Positions 1 through 12,264 of a stretch of DNA of 64,000 nt are shown piece after piece. A program made the position numbers and the translations under genes. The notes beneath the pieces were generated by a model that worked only from the letters and a program-made list of their open reading frames with translations, did not search any database and was not told the origin of the DNA. Numbering within the stretch: position 1 is the first letter of the stretch; every line of letters starts with the position of its first letter. Origin of the DNA: Lama guanicoe (Eukaryota); the NCBI GenBank assembly GCA_013239625.1, contig MU053557.1:3378123-3442122 (forward strand). The letters are read 5' to 3'.

Positions 1-57
1 ACCATCTGAGAATGGGTGAATCTGCAGATTAAATGGAGGGGATCGCCTCTCTCTTTC
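1..57 (-). CDS. JAKMIP2: JAKMIP2 exon 14, partial, ERERRSPPFNLQIHPFSDG...
   Basis: Acceptor tttcaAG at 58-59; frame runs off the window edge. Confidence 0.93.
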
Positions 58-999
58 CTTGAAATACAGTGAAGAATATACGGGAATTAAAAAAAAAAGC
101 AACAACTGATTAATCACTAAACCAGTTGTCAGTGTTCTCTCTATGCTATTTCAGCACTTTATCAATATGCCATTTGGCAAAAAAAAACCCCGAAAAACCC
201 AAACCCCCCCAAAAAACCCCCCACAGGATGTTCATGCTTGAATTTAATGGAAAAGAACTGATTAGTCAAATAAGAGGTGCAGGAGAAGAATTTATGGATG
301 GTGTCATCCAGTCTTGCAAATTTTTGGATCAGGGAAATGCAGAAAGTGGAGTTCCATTTTAAGTTATATGAATATTTAGAGCTTTCAGGTGTCACAAAGA
401 ATGTTCTTCCGACCATGAAGTTTTATGGCAGCTCAAGGCCTCCTGCATATTCAATCCACTCAAATTTTATAAGTAAGATATGTGGGCTACCAAGGATGAC
501 TTAACTCTTCTTTAGTGAAGCATACCAACTGCTAACTCTATCCGAATCTAATGTGAATTAACCTCAAGAAGAAATTGCTGGCAAAATAACAGAGAAATCA
601 AATGATAAATCTTCTTATCCTCTGCATATCAGCATATGTTCAACCAGACCCTAAGCCAGCTTCTGCGTGATATAATCAAAATCTGATTTGACTGACATTA
701 ACTTTAAAAAGGGATGGAAACTTATTCAGATTAGCCAAAGTAGTTCCTAAAACATATTACCTTGCTTCTTAGCTTTTTGCATAAATGCATTACAGAATAA
801 AAAGTCTGCTTACAAATTCAAGGGTCTAACAATAAAATATTTTTGTATAGAGTACATTTTGAAATACGATTCTTGGAGTAATATTCTTCTGAGTCAGAAT
901 TCAACGAAGGATGAAAAGGATCATTTAAAAGCAATGAAGTATTGATGAAGTTTGAAAGCTACTATTTACATTATTTAAAAACGATTCATTAGTCTTGTG

Positions 1000-1240
1000 C
1001 ATGAAGGCAACAGTGTTGAAAAGTATGGTATCTGGGCATGAGCAGACAATTCTGAGTTGCATTAAAGTCTCACCACTTACTAGTCATAGGACCAGGGCAA
1101 ATTATTTAACCTCAGTTGCCTCATTTAGAAAATCTTGGTTGTGGCTGTGAGGTCCGATGAGAATATGCATCCGAAAGGCTTAATTCAGCACCTCACACGT
1201 AGGTCAGGCTCAGTGCGTGTTAATTGTTATGATTATTTTT
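1000..1240 (+). mobile_element. MIR SINE
   Basis: MIR core ccacttactagtca...gggcaaattatttaacctcagttgcctcattt. Confidence 0.7.
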
Positions 1241-1268
1241 ATTATCAGAATTATCATCATTTCCTTAC

Positions 1269-1367
1269 TTCTAGCTCTAGGTTTCGAAACTCCAGCAGCT
1301 CATTCTGGTCTCTGGCATCCTGTAGTTCCTGTTGTAGCCGGTGGTTTTCTGCCTCTTGTTTTTCTAT
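1269..1367 (-). CDS. JAKMIP2: JAKMIP2 exon 13, 99 nt, IEKQEAENH...RNLELE
   Basis: Acceptor ctttattAG at 1368-69; donor GTAAGG at 1268. Confidence 0.95.
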
Positions 1368-3434
1368 CTAATAAAGTAAATCCTCAGGTTAGGTGGACAT
1401 TGCGAAAAGCATCTACAACTTTGCAAAGCAAGCATGGACCGCATTCTTTTACTCAGTGAATAAATCATCTAGACCATGAAAAAAAAATCCCAAGTAGATG
1501 TGAATAAAACAAGTCTTTGGCTTTCCTTCCAGTTATCCTTCAGTTGAGTTTTTCGAGTCACAGAAGAAAATGCTGGAGGATACCTCCTTTCACTGAGATA
1601 AAGTCCAGAGACCCTGTGAGTCCTGAATCTGAGTGTACTCACCACGCCCTTGGGGGTCATGGACAGTGTCCAAGAACTAGATTTAATGGGGCGAATAATG
1701 GAGACTGACACCTCTTCTTTTTGGAGTTACAAGTTGTCTGAGAAATAATTTTTTAAAAAGCAGCTCTGATCCTACACAAAACTTTGTTGAATTCCTTTTA
1801 CCTGCAGAATACGCCAAACTCCTCAACATGGAGTTCAAAACCCTTAATAATCTGCTTCCTGGATTTAAATGTTTTCACTGTCATGTCTACACATGCACAC
1901 ACTCACATGTGATTGCACACACACTAGAATTTGGAAACCCTGACCGTCCGATTACTCCAGGAGCTCATCTCTGCCTGAGAAGGGTGCCCCCATTTCCTTT
2001 CCTACATGAGGAAATCCTACACTTCCTTGTACACCAAGCTCTAACGTCTCCTACCATAAGAGGCTTTCCCTGTCTCCCCATTCCAAAGTGACACCTCTTT
2101 CCTTGTTTTCCCTTAGGGCTTTCCTGGAAGGTGTCTAGTATAAACTGATGAAGCATGAAATTAAGTTGGTCATGTATAAACCTGCCTCTTTCTGTAGACA
2201 GGGTCCATGTCTACCAGGGATCAGAAAATTGTCATGACCTGCAAAGGGCTTGGGGCTGCCTCTGACATGGGCCTTCTGCACAGCAACTTACTTAAAATCT
2301 TGAATTTAGAAATAAAAAACCAGGGGATTTTCAATATGGGATGAATCTTTCTTTCTCAAGTATACACAGTCGAAGGAGAATGTTTAGCTTTATTGTGATT
2401 CAGTTTTCTTTTACTCTTAGAAATCTGAGCTCAAAAATTCCCCTTTGAGCCCAAAGAAAATCAGACAGAAGACATAATGGGAGTTAATTTTTTAGATGAT
2501 AAACAAATGTAATAACACTTATTACTGGGCACCCCTGAGACCACTAAAAACCTTTTCCTCATAGTTTCCTGATATAGAAAAATTATAGGAAAATAAAGAT
2601 GGGGAAAAATTAGATACTACGTGACATTCATTAATATAGCAAACTCTCAAGATCTTTACACTAGATTTTTGTGGTCTAGTAAACTTTCAAAAGTTTTTAG
2701 AAGTTGACTTAGATCACAAAAGAGATTCTATTTCCTAGAATCTTGGATTGGGACCAGAGGTGGGATATGTGGGGAGATTCCTGGTTCTGGTGGTTAGCAG
2801 TAGTAACAGCATTAGTGGTTCACAGGTGGTTGAATTCTTAGACCAGGGCCAATGTCCATCAAGTTTCTTCATGGGGACCCTTAACCCTTCTGAGAGTACC
2901 AGTCTTCAATCTTGGAATTGCCACCCACCTTCTATACATCAACTCTGTCTCCTATCATACAGGGAGCGAGATAGGATGTCCTAACTCTGCCAGACCAGAG
3001 GGGACGGAGGACAAGCTTCCTTCTCTTTCCACGCTTACCGGGGTGTTGTGCTTAATTTTTATTACTTGTCAAAACTAGTGAATATTGGTAGAAACAGTCC
3101 TAAACTAACTTCTCAATAATTCTGGATTGCCCTACAGAATTATTTCCCTTATTCAAATGGGCTTTCAAATTCTGTTTTTGTCAAGAATAATGTAAGATTA
3201 TCTTGTAATCTTTTCACATCATGAATGGTACAGACCAAAGGCAAAGCCATATCTGAACTTAAAATAATCTGTTGTATTTCACTGCCCCAAATCAAAAGCC
3301 TGTGCTGAGATAACTCAAATTCATTCTATCTGTTGGGCTGAAACCATGCTTTTGCATCTTGATTTGTTGAACAACTTCCCGTACAAGCTCTTTTTGTGCT
3401 TTGGATGCATCTTTTAAAAAGTTCTTTCATTAAA

Positions 3435-3440
<6 letters not shown>

Positions 3441-3473
<33 letters not shown>
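3441..3473. repeat. (AT)n microsatellite
   Basis: About 16 perfect AT units. Confidence 0.95.
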
Positions 3474-3480
<7 letters not shown>

Positions 3481-3937
3481 AACAAACAAGATCAGCAAAA
3501 ATTTAAGTGAGAGCACAGTCTGTGCTCGGTTGCAGCGTGGCCTTGCAGTCATTTCCTTTCACAAAGTTACGAGTCCTATTCACAGAGTGCTTTTGTAGAT
3601 GGACGACCACACAGGATGTGTGCACGTGTGGGTGTATGTATATATATACAGTACACATACAGTATATATATATGGGTAACAAATCGATAGGTTTCAGGGA
3701 TCACATCCTTTCAAGTCGGCACAACGCCCAGCGCAGAGCCATGCACACCACGTGCCACATAACTGATGGTGATGGAGGTGACAGAGATGCAGGCGGGCAC
3801 GCGGCAGAGGGGAGCGCAGCGCTGGAAGAGCCTCCCGTCCCCTAGCCCCTGTGCCACTCCTGAGAGGAACCCCTGCTGCTCCTGGATCTCTCATCATTTT
3901 CTCCTCTGCCCCACTAGGGTGTTGTGCCCCCACATAC

Positions 3938-4000
3938 CTTTTCTAAAAGCTCCTGGTTTCTCTTAATGAAAAGTTGTTTATCTTCTACCCAGTGTGAATC
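3938..4000 (-). CDS. JAKMIP2: JAKMIP2 exon 12, 63 nt, DSHWVEDKQLFIKRNQELLEK
   Basis: Acceptor tcaaacAG at 4001-02; donor AAG|GTATGT at 3937; translated by hand. Confidence 0.93.
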
Positions 4001-4683
4001 CTGTTTGACAAAGAATATGGCGCAGTCAGCATTTCAGAGTGGCACAAAAGAGCATGTGTCCTCAAACCACTTGGCCAGAACTGTCCTCTCTCCACCCGGT
4101 TTATTTGCCTGCCAACGGCTGAGAAACAACACCCACCCCGGCCAGCTCCTTATTCCAAGACAATGGGGCCGAAGTTGCCAGGAAAATTTAACCCCCATTT
4201 CATTGTCACTCACTAGCCCTGTCTTTTCCCATCTGAATAATCCAGGACCAGCCTTCTGGGGACTCAGAAGTGACCACACAGGCAAAAAGTGAAAAGGGTC
4301 AGAATGCACACAGGCTAGATACGTATGGATGGAAAACATTAAAATGCAGAACCATAAATGTAGCAGAGAGGCAAAGAAGGCAGCTTGAGGGGCGGGTCTT
4401 TGTCTCAGCAGCTCATGACCACTCTAGGCTATGTGTACAAGGCTCCTCTTCCTCTGCCAGTCTCTCTCTTGCCCAGCCTCATTGGCTGCTGTAGCTGGGT
4501 TCACACTCTGGCCAGCCAAACACCAGGGACAGAAACAGAGGGTTGAACATTCTGACACAGTTTGAGAAAGGTCACTGCGGAGAGCCAAGCCGTGTCCTGG
4601 GTGGGCCCATGCACGGGGCGATCGAGGGGAAGGTCATATTGAATCACCCGCATCTGCAGATGGGCTAGCAACCAAATGCCTAC

Positions 4684-4767
4684 CTGTCCTTTCTGAGCCA
4701 GAGTCGCCTCCAGATCTTCAATTTTGGCTTTATATCTTAGCACCTCTGCCTGGAGCTGCTCTTGAGC
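4684..4767 (-). CDS. JAKMIP2: JAKMIP2 exon 11, 84 nt, AQEQLQAEV...AQKGQ
   Basis: Acceptor ttcactAG at 4768-69; donor CAG|GTAGGC at 4683. Confidence 0.95.
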
Positions 4768-5247
4768 CTAGTGAAGTCAAAATTCCAGAACTCAGTAAGT
4801 AGAACTGAGAAAAAGTCAGTATTTTTCTTCCCCTCATGTTCCCTGCTTAGAACTCAGCAAGTGAGAAAAAAAGAATCTCCTATGCTCAAAGCGTCTTTTA
4901 AAACTATGTTTATAATCTAAATTCTTGCTTAACATTTTCAGTGGCTCCCTTTAGCATCAGGTTAAAACTTCAAACCCTTTAGCCAGGTTTTCAAAATCTC
5001 CCCTTATCCTTCCAATCTTTTCCCACCGCTCATCAACATGGAGTCCACCTCTACCCACTGGTGACCTCCTTGTTTCTAAAATTCGCCTTGTACCTCTCCA
5101 CTTCCCTCTTTATTTGGATGCGTTCCCCTTGTGGAAAACCTTATCCCATTTTCTCTTTCCAAAATCTTCCCATTCTTTCACAGCCAACTCTGTGCCCTAT
5201 ATTCAAATCTAAATCCAAATCTGTGTATGTACATAGGAAGAATTTTA

Positions 5248-5298
5248 CATGTGTGTGTGCATGTGTATGTGTGTGTGCATGTGTATGTATGTGTGTGT
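5248..5298. repeat. Imperfect (TG)n microsatellite
   Basis: atgtgtgtgtgcatgtgtatgtgtgtgtgcatgtgtatgtatgtgtgtgt. Confidence 0.85.
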
Positions 5299-7104
5299 CT
5301 GTATCAGCATGTTTGGGACACTAATCTTACACGGAACAACCTTACTTCATTTAGTCTAGTAATGTTTCCAGATTCTTTTGTATTCTCTCTGGATTCAATC
5401 CTATTTTCCATGAAACACTTTGTTTTCTGCCCATACCCACATTTTTGTCGTGTCTTATGACCTGGATAGGTCCTCTGGTACAAAGTTGAACAAAATCAGC
5501 AAATGGCTGGTGTCCTTTTCTTATTATTATGAACAGAATACATCTTTGGACTGCTAAATACTATATTTACCTTTACCAGGTTAAAATAATTCCAAGCTTA
5601 GCTTTTCTAAGAATTATGTAACTTTGAATGGGTGTTGAGTACAACGTACTTTTTCTCTATTGAAATGATTGTATCGTTTGTTTTCATTGATATCCTTTCA
5701 TCTGTATTACCTATTTTTGCACTTCTACTTTCTTCGACTTTACTACTCTCTTTCTCACATCTTGATGTGTCTTAGACTATTTTGCTTAGCATAGTAAGTT
5801 TTCTTACTGTAAAGGCCATAAATAATGCTAAACCTGTATTTTGATGGGAGAGTGAGACAAGAGAAAGAGAACTGGTTTCTACATCGTCACCTCTCCAAAA
5901 AACAATACGCTACTGTTTTCATTGACCAGCCCCATGTTGGTAAGAATGCGTAGTAAACACCAACAGTGAAAACCACAACTATTCCAGTATTAGGGCACAG
6001 ACACGAAAGCACACACATACATCCTTCCTAATGATTGCTTGCCAGTCTATAGGGTTTTTTTTAACATGTTTACTCACTTATGCATGTGTACGTGCATGAA
6101 CGTATATATTTAAAAAGACATAACTATAGTATCTATGTTTTCCTACTAAGCCACTAACAGTAGTTCCTATAATACTTCTCAATGAACTGTAGACCCTCTA
6201 AATCGGAAGCAGGGTAAAAATCGCTGAGTGATCACGCTCTCTCTTGCCCATGTAAACTAATGTATGAGGCAGTTACAGCAAGGCAGTCGTGACTGAACTC
6301 AGATCTAGGTTCATCTCCTAGCTTTAATCTAACTAAGCTACATATTCTGGTTTTCACCTACCTAAGATATATTTAACTCCTACTAAGCTATTATTTCCTC
6401 TCCTATTAAAAAAAGAGTTAATAATAGCATCTAACTCACAGGATTATCTTAGGGTTGCATGAGATAATGTGTATACAGTAGTCAGCACGATGCTTGGAAT
6501 ACATCAAGTACTCAGTAAATGTTAAGTGTTAGTACTGTATGTGTTTCTTTTTCTTGTTTGAAGTAGACGAATGAGAGGCAATTGTGACATTACAGAAAGA
6601 ACATCTGATCCAGCAAGATGTGAGCTGGAATCCCACTTTCCCATTTATTAGCCGTGTGATTGTGGGTAATTCAATTAACCTCTCTGAGCCTCAAATTCCT
6701 TTTTTTTATAAAATACCCACCTTAGGGGGCTGTCCCCAGGGTTAAATGAGATACTGTCAGTGACAGTTCTCAGTAAGCTGTCAATGTAATGCTCTTATTA
6801 ACTAAGAAAAGGAACTGGCTACCCATTGCTTTTGAAAGATAAAAGTTTTTTTTTTTCTCCCAAGCAAGAAACTAAAAAAAAAATGGATTATCAAAATTCA
6901 ATACTGTCTAACTTTGAAATTGTTAAGTTTTCAAACAGCACAAATAAGAACTATATACTCCACCATCTTTAAAGGAACAAAAGCATTGATCTAAGCTGGT
7001 TCTAATGTCTCCAGATCCAAGGTTTGTTGACATAAAAGATAAAACAGTTCAAAAGCTGCAGTGGTGAGATGGGTACCAGGCAAGCTATCCTACTGACACT
7101 TTCA

Positions 7105-7368
<264 letters not shown>

Positions 7369-7729
7369 TTAACTTGTGTCCATTTTTTGAAGAGAAGTAA
7401 AGGTTTGTTTGTTATTGGATTTTGTGCGATTTTATTCTTAATTTTCAAGTATGTGTATGGGCACAAATACTGTAACACTTTCAAGATGGACACTGCAGGA
7501 GTACTTAGGTATTTATTAATAAAAGAAGCATTTGCTTATTTATACATTTCTGATTATTACCCATTTGGGCTTGGATTATAGAAAATTTTGGACTCAAAGG
7601 AGAAAAACTTATACCTAGATTTTGGATCCAAATTTGAGGAGATGATTATCAGTTTTAGTCTCAGTTCCTTTCAATACATACATAGCCAAACAACTTCTTC
7701 CCCAGATAAATTATAAAAATGGTTTTACA

Positions 7730-7913
7730 GCTTTGAGTCTCCAACTTCAGAGCATTATAAAATCACCATGAAGTTTTGTGAAAAATGAAGATTTGTGGGT
7801 TCCACCCTCAAGATCCTGAGTCAGGAGCTGTGAGTCCGAAAACTCTCATTGTAATTGAAGCCCTTAGATAATTCTGATGAAGGTGGTCTACAGAACATAC
7901 TTTGCTGAACACT
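7730..7913. mobile_element. MER5-like MITE
   Basis: aatcacc...ccaccctcaagatcctgagtcag...ataattctgatgaaggtggtctacagaacatactttg. Confidence 0.6.
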
Positions 7914-8228
7914 GTCTTAGACTGTATTTAAAAGCTTGTTCTTTGGTTTACACCTTCTCTGGATGAAGAATGTGGGAGAGTAACTTATTTTGAAAGAAGC
8001 CTTGAGGTTACAGAGCTGAACTTCAGAGAAGTTTCTAAAAGGGCTGCATGACTTAGGTGAAGCTACTGTCCAAGATATAACGAAGTCAAGCATGGCCTTG
8101 AAACTGGCCACTATTATGAGATGACATGCTGTTTGTGAAGGAGATAAAAAGTGAAGTGCTCTTTCTCCTCCTTCAAGGGAAGAGTTGATGACAGTATCAC
8201 AGAAGATTAGAGAAGTGAAAAGGCTTAC

Positions 8229-8348
8229 TTCATCCAGGTCATCATCAGGAGTGGCTGGCGTTCGGTCTGTTCTAAATGAGGCCATAGATGACGTCTCTGA
8301 ATCCATGGAGTCCTCATCATAGCCGATAAATGGGTCCAAAACAGGCCT
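8229..8348 (-). CDS. JAKMIP2: JAKMIP2 exon 9, 120 nt, RPVLDPFIGYDED...DDDLDE
   Basis: Acceptor ctccattAG at 8349-50; donor GTAAGC at 8228. Confidence 0.95.
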
Positions 8349-9252
8349 CTAATGGAGGGAAAGTACACATTTACTAACAAAGCTAGAAGTGGGGAAAGTC
8401 AACTTCTTATTAAAATTCTGTCGCCTGGCATGCATGCAAATAAACATAGAAGACATGGGTCCTTCAATGCTTCTTTGATGAAATAAAAATATTAGGCGTG
8501 GACACAGTAATTCCAATAAATGCTTGCCCATGTTATTTCACTTCTGATGTTTCTGAGGAAGAGTCATTAATGTTTGGCTCTCTTCATAGAAACACTGGAT
8601 CTTCTTTTACGTTGCATTTTATACCATGATGAGTTTATGCGATTTACTCTGGCCAATATTTAAAATACAATCAAGGATTTCTAAAAGTCCAGGCATCCGT
8701 GTGAAGGGGATTATCAAATTCTATCATCTAATTCCACATTCAAATAAAATGATGCAATCGTTAAAAACAAAAATCAAACAAAGAGACAAATTAAAATAAA
8801 ACTTTGTGAATTCTAAGAGGCTACACAGATATTGGTGGATAGTATCATTATCAATAATATTGCCCGAGTGAATAATAAAAATATATTAATCAATTATAGG
8901 ATGGGTATCAGAGGCTAATACTATTCAAGGGAGACATCAAATTGTATGTATCTCTTGCATGTCCTTGGAGTGTGACTCTCTGACTTGTCAGATAACCCTC
9001 TCTACATCAAACCTAGTGGCTTCTTCACTCAGAAAGCAAACCCTTTCAGGTTAAAATCCACAACACAATCATTTCTGGACTTCTGAGAACTGTCAAGGGA
9101 AGACATTTCTTCTGGCAAATAAACCCCATGGTTTTCTGCAGTTCAGGAGCATCTGATTTATCACATATTCACAGGAAGGTTCCTTGGCAAGCCTCACTTT
9201 TCCCGCTGTGTCTGTGTGTGGCAGAAGCCTGATAACCTAGTTCTCTCATTAC

Positions 9253-9309
9253 CTTAATTGGCTTGGAACTTCTTCTATGCTTTCTCCTACGAATGAGCTT
9301 TTCCCGATC
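9253..9309 (-). CDS. JAKMIP2: JAKMIP2 exon 8, 57 nt, DREKLIRRRKHRRSSKPIK
   Basis: Acceptor ttttccAG at 9310-11; donor AAG|GTAATG at 9252; translated by hand. Confidence 0.94.
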
Positions 9310-11139
9310 CTGGAAAACAGATGAAAGACTTTTCAGATCATGGCTTGGTGCCTTTTCTCCTATAGGTTTTTTTTTCTTCCAAAGACAGAGCTGTATGTCT
9401 CCTAGAGCATTACATATTTCTGTTTAAAATACGATTATGTTTTGTAAATTGTGGCATCTTTTGGGTTTGATACTTGAGTACTGTCCCTGATAATCTATGT
9501 GGATCTGAAAGCCTCACAACCAGAAAGTATACTGCATTCCTAACTGGCATCTTCTATTTTATACTTGAAGGTCAAGTATAAAATCGTCATGTTCTCCCAA
9601 AGTGCAATTCTTCAATTTTCTCAGATCCCAAATTATTTTAAGTGTTGAAACATATCATTTCACAATAAAGAAAAACCTTACTGTTTTCATTAAATCACCC
9701 GAAAAGCATAGAAAGCTACCTTCTGACTATTTTTGGATCCTTGTTCTCACCTGTAGCCTCTGAAGATAGAACAGAGTACCTACTTGGTTGGAATTATCTA
9801 GTGTTTTCTTTTTCGGTGGGGGTGGATCTCATTAGAATGTTCTGGGAAACTCAAAGAATATCTAGAAATAATGATAGATTTCTTGATTTATTCTTTTCGT
9901 GAAAGGAGACAGTTTGGTAATTTGATGCTCATTTGTATGGTACTCCATATATTTAGTGTACAAATTCAAAAGTGGATGGAATAAATGATATTTATACCTC
10001 CCTGGAAGTCTGACAGACATGCGTGAACGTCTCAAAATTTCTAAGAAACTAGCTTAAACTCCTGATACTCAAAGCCAATCAAATTCCTAGACTAGTGAAT
10101 CTGTGAGATTTATGAGTTACTAAGGATGTGGAAGTGAAGTGAGGGGCAGAGAGCTTCAAAGGCCATGTTTAAGAAGTAATCTGGGTTAAGCCAGTGGTGT
10201 TAACCTTTTTGATTTTCACCTTTAATAAATAAAAATAATTTGATCATGCAACCTTAAGATAGCCAAAAGTTTTACAGTATACTTAGATGATCCTCCTAAT
10301 ATAGCACATGCATTGTAACATATACTCAACATAGAAAATTTTAAAAGGGTGAGCCATAATTAACCATAAACATAATTTACAATCTTTTCTTCCCTCAATG
10401 GCAGTGAATCATCCCGCTTACCCTACTCTGAAGACTATTGTCTGCCACTCCCCCATCACTAGTTCAACTCTGTTGGTCTTGGCTTGGTTCTAAATGAAGT
10501 GCAACCACAGGTATCATTCATGGAATAAAGACAGAGAGGCAAAAAAGAAAACCCAAAGGCATCTACAGGTGTTAGTCCAACGTTGTCGGTAACACAGATC
10601 TCAGCCAGATGCAAATGACAGTAATAACTCCTTTACCTGCTTCAGCAGGTACTGAAGTTGTGGTCAGGAGATCTGGACTGGAATTTCAGCTGTCATTTCA
10701 CACATATGTATTAAACTGCCACTATGTAGCTAGAGACTGGATTAGGTGTTGGGAAACAAGAGGTCAGTAGTCTTGTAGGAGGCAAAATATTTAATCTCTG
10801 AGCCTCAGAATCTTGATATTGGAAGGCAGTTACAAGATACACCCATACAACCTACCTACTCACATTACAGTGCATTTGAAAGTTCTTTTAATGTGCTTTG
10901 CAGCTATTATTTGTGTTATCAAATTAGTTAACAAAAAATTATAATTGAAAAGGTATAAAGCAGTTAAATAATATCCAATATTTTTGGAATAAAGTCTCTT
11001 GAATCTACTTATATATTCAACATAGGAACTTGGGCCTTTGGGGCTAATCCAACATTATTAAGTGCTGCTAGTGTATGTTGATTTCTTGGCTACTTGTCCT
11101 TGGGAACAGCTTAGGGTTTATAGATAAACCAAGACCTAC

Positions 11140-11280
11140 CCTTGTGAGCTCATCAATAATGTTCTGTTGTTCAATGACCTGAAGTTTTAGAAACTCTGTC
11201 TCTTGTTCTTCATTAGCTTGATCGAGGTCATTCAGAGATTTTAATTTCTTCAAGGGTGGATGGGATGTAATTTTTTCTCT
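11140..11280 (-). CDS. JAKMIP2: JAKMIP2 exon 7, 141 nt, REKITSHPPL...IDELTR
   Basis: T-tract and cccAG at 11281-82; donor GTAGGT at 11139. Confidence 0.95.
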
Positions 11281-11867
11281 CTGGGTTGGGGAAAAAAAAA
11301 GCGTAGGTAGAGAGTTTAAAAATCCTAAACTTTGGTGGTTAACGTAAAGTATTTGTAGAAACTTTATGAGGCTCTAGCTAAATTTGAAAACTGCTCACTT
11401 TCAATATACACACACACACCAACTAACACCCTCAGGTACCTTTTGTCTGCTGTAACAGGTGGCAGTCGCTGGGAAGGTGTGCAGATCTCTACCACTGGAT
11501 TGGCAGTCTGTTAAGGAGGACATGAGCCTAACACGTGTTCATACATTATGCAAATGATGGCACCTATTTCCAACTATTGTGCAAGATCTTAGGAGATGAG
11601 GGGTATCTACTGTACGGTTCTAGAAAAAGCATGTTAGTGAAATTCTTGCAAGGAGGTATCTATGGTTGGGGAACCAGGTTGAAACTCTGCTTCTCTACTT
11701 CAGAGCTTTTGGAGAGTGTGCAGATTCCTGCAAGCACTCCCATTGTTCTGCAAAATTTAGAAAGTCCATAAAATTCAGAGTCAGCAACCTTCTTTGGCTT
11801 TCTTCCTTAAGGGCGCCTTGCTTACATAAGGGAAAATCGAAACTTTCACCAATAGCATTGTATTTTA

Positions 11868-12152
<285 letters not shown>

Positions 12153-12264
12153 TCATGACACCAACAGCCACCATACAGAAGGGAAAGCAGGATATTTTAA
12201 ATACAACTGTCCAAAAATGATTTAAAAAAATTCCTAATATGAGTCAGAAAATAAGAGCAGCACA

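Noticed and set aside
3039..3050. Second possible 12-nt microexon (AG|CACAACACCCCG|GTAAGC)
   Set aside because: Strong donor, but the upstream sequence is A-rich with no pyrimidine tract or UGC motif
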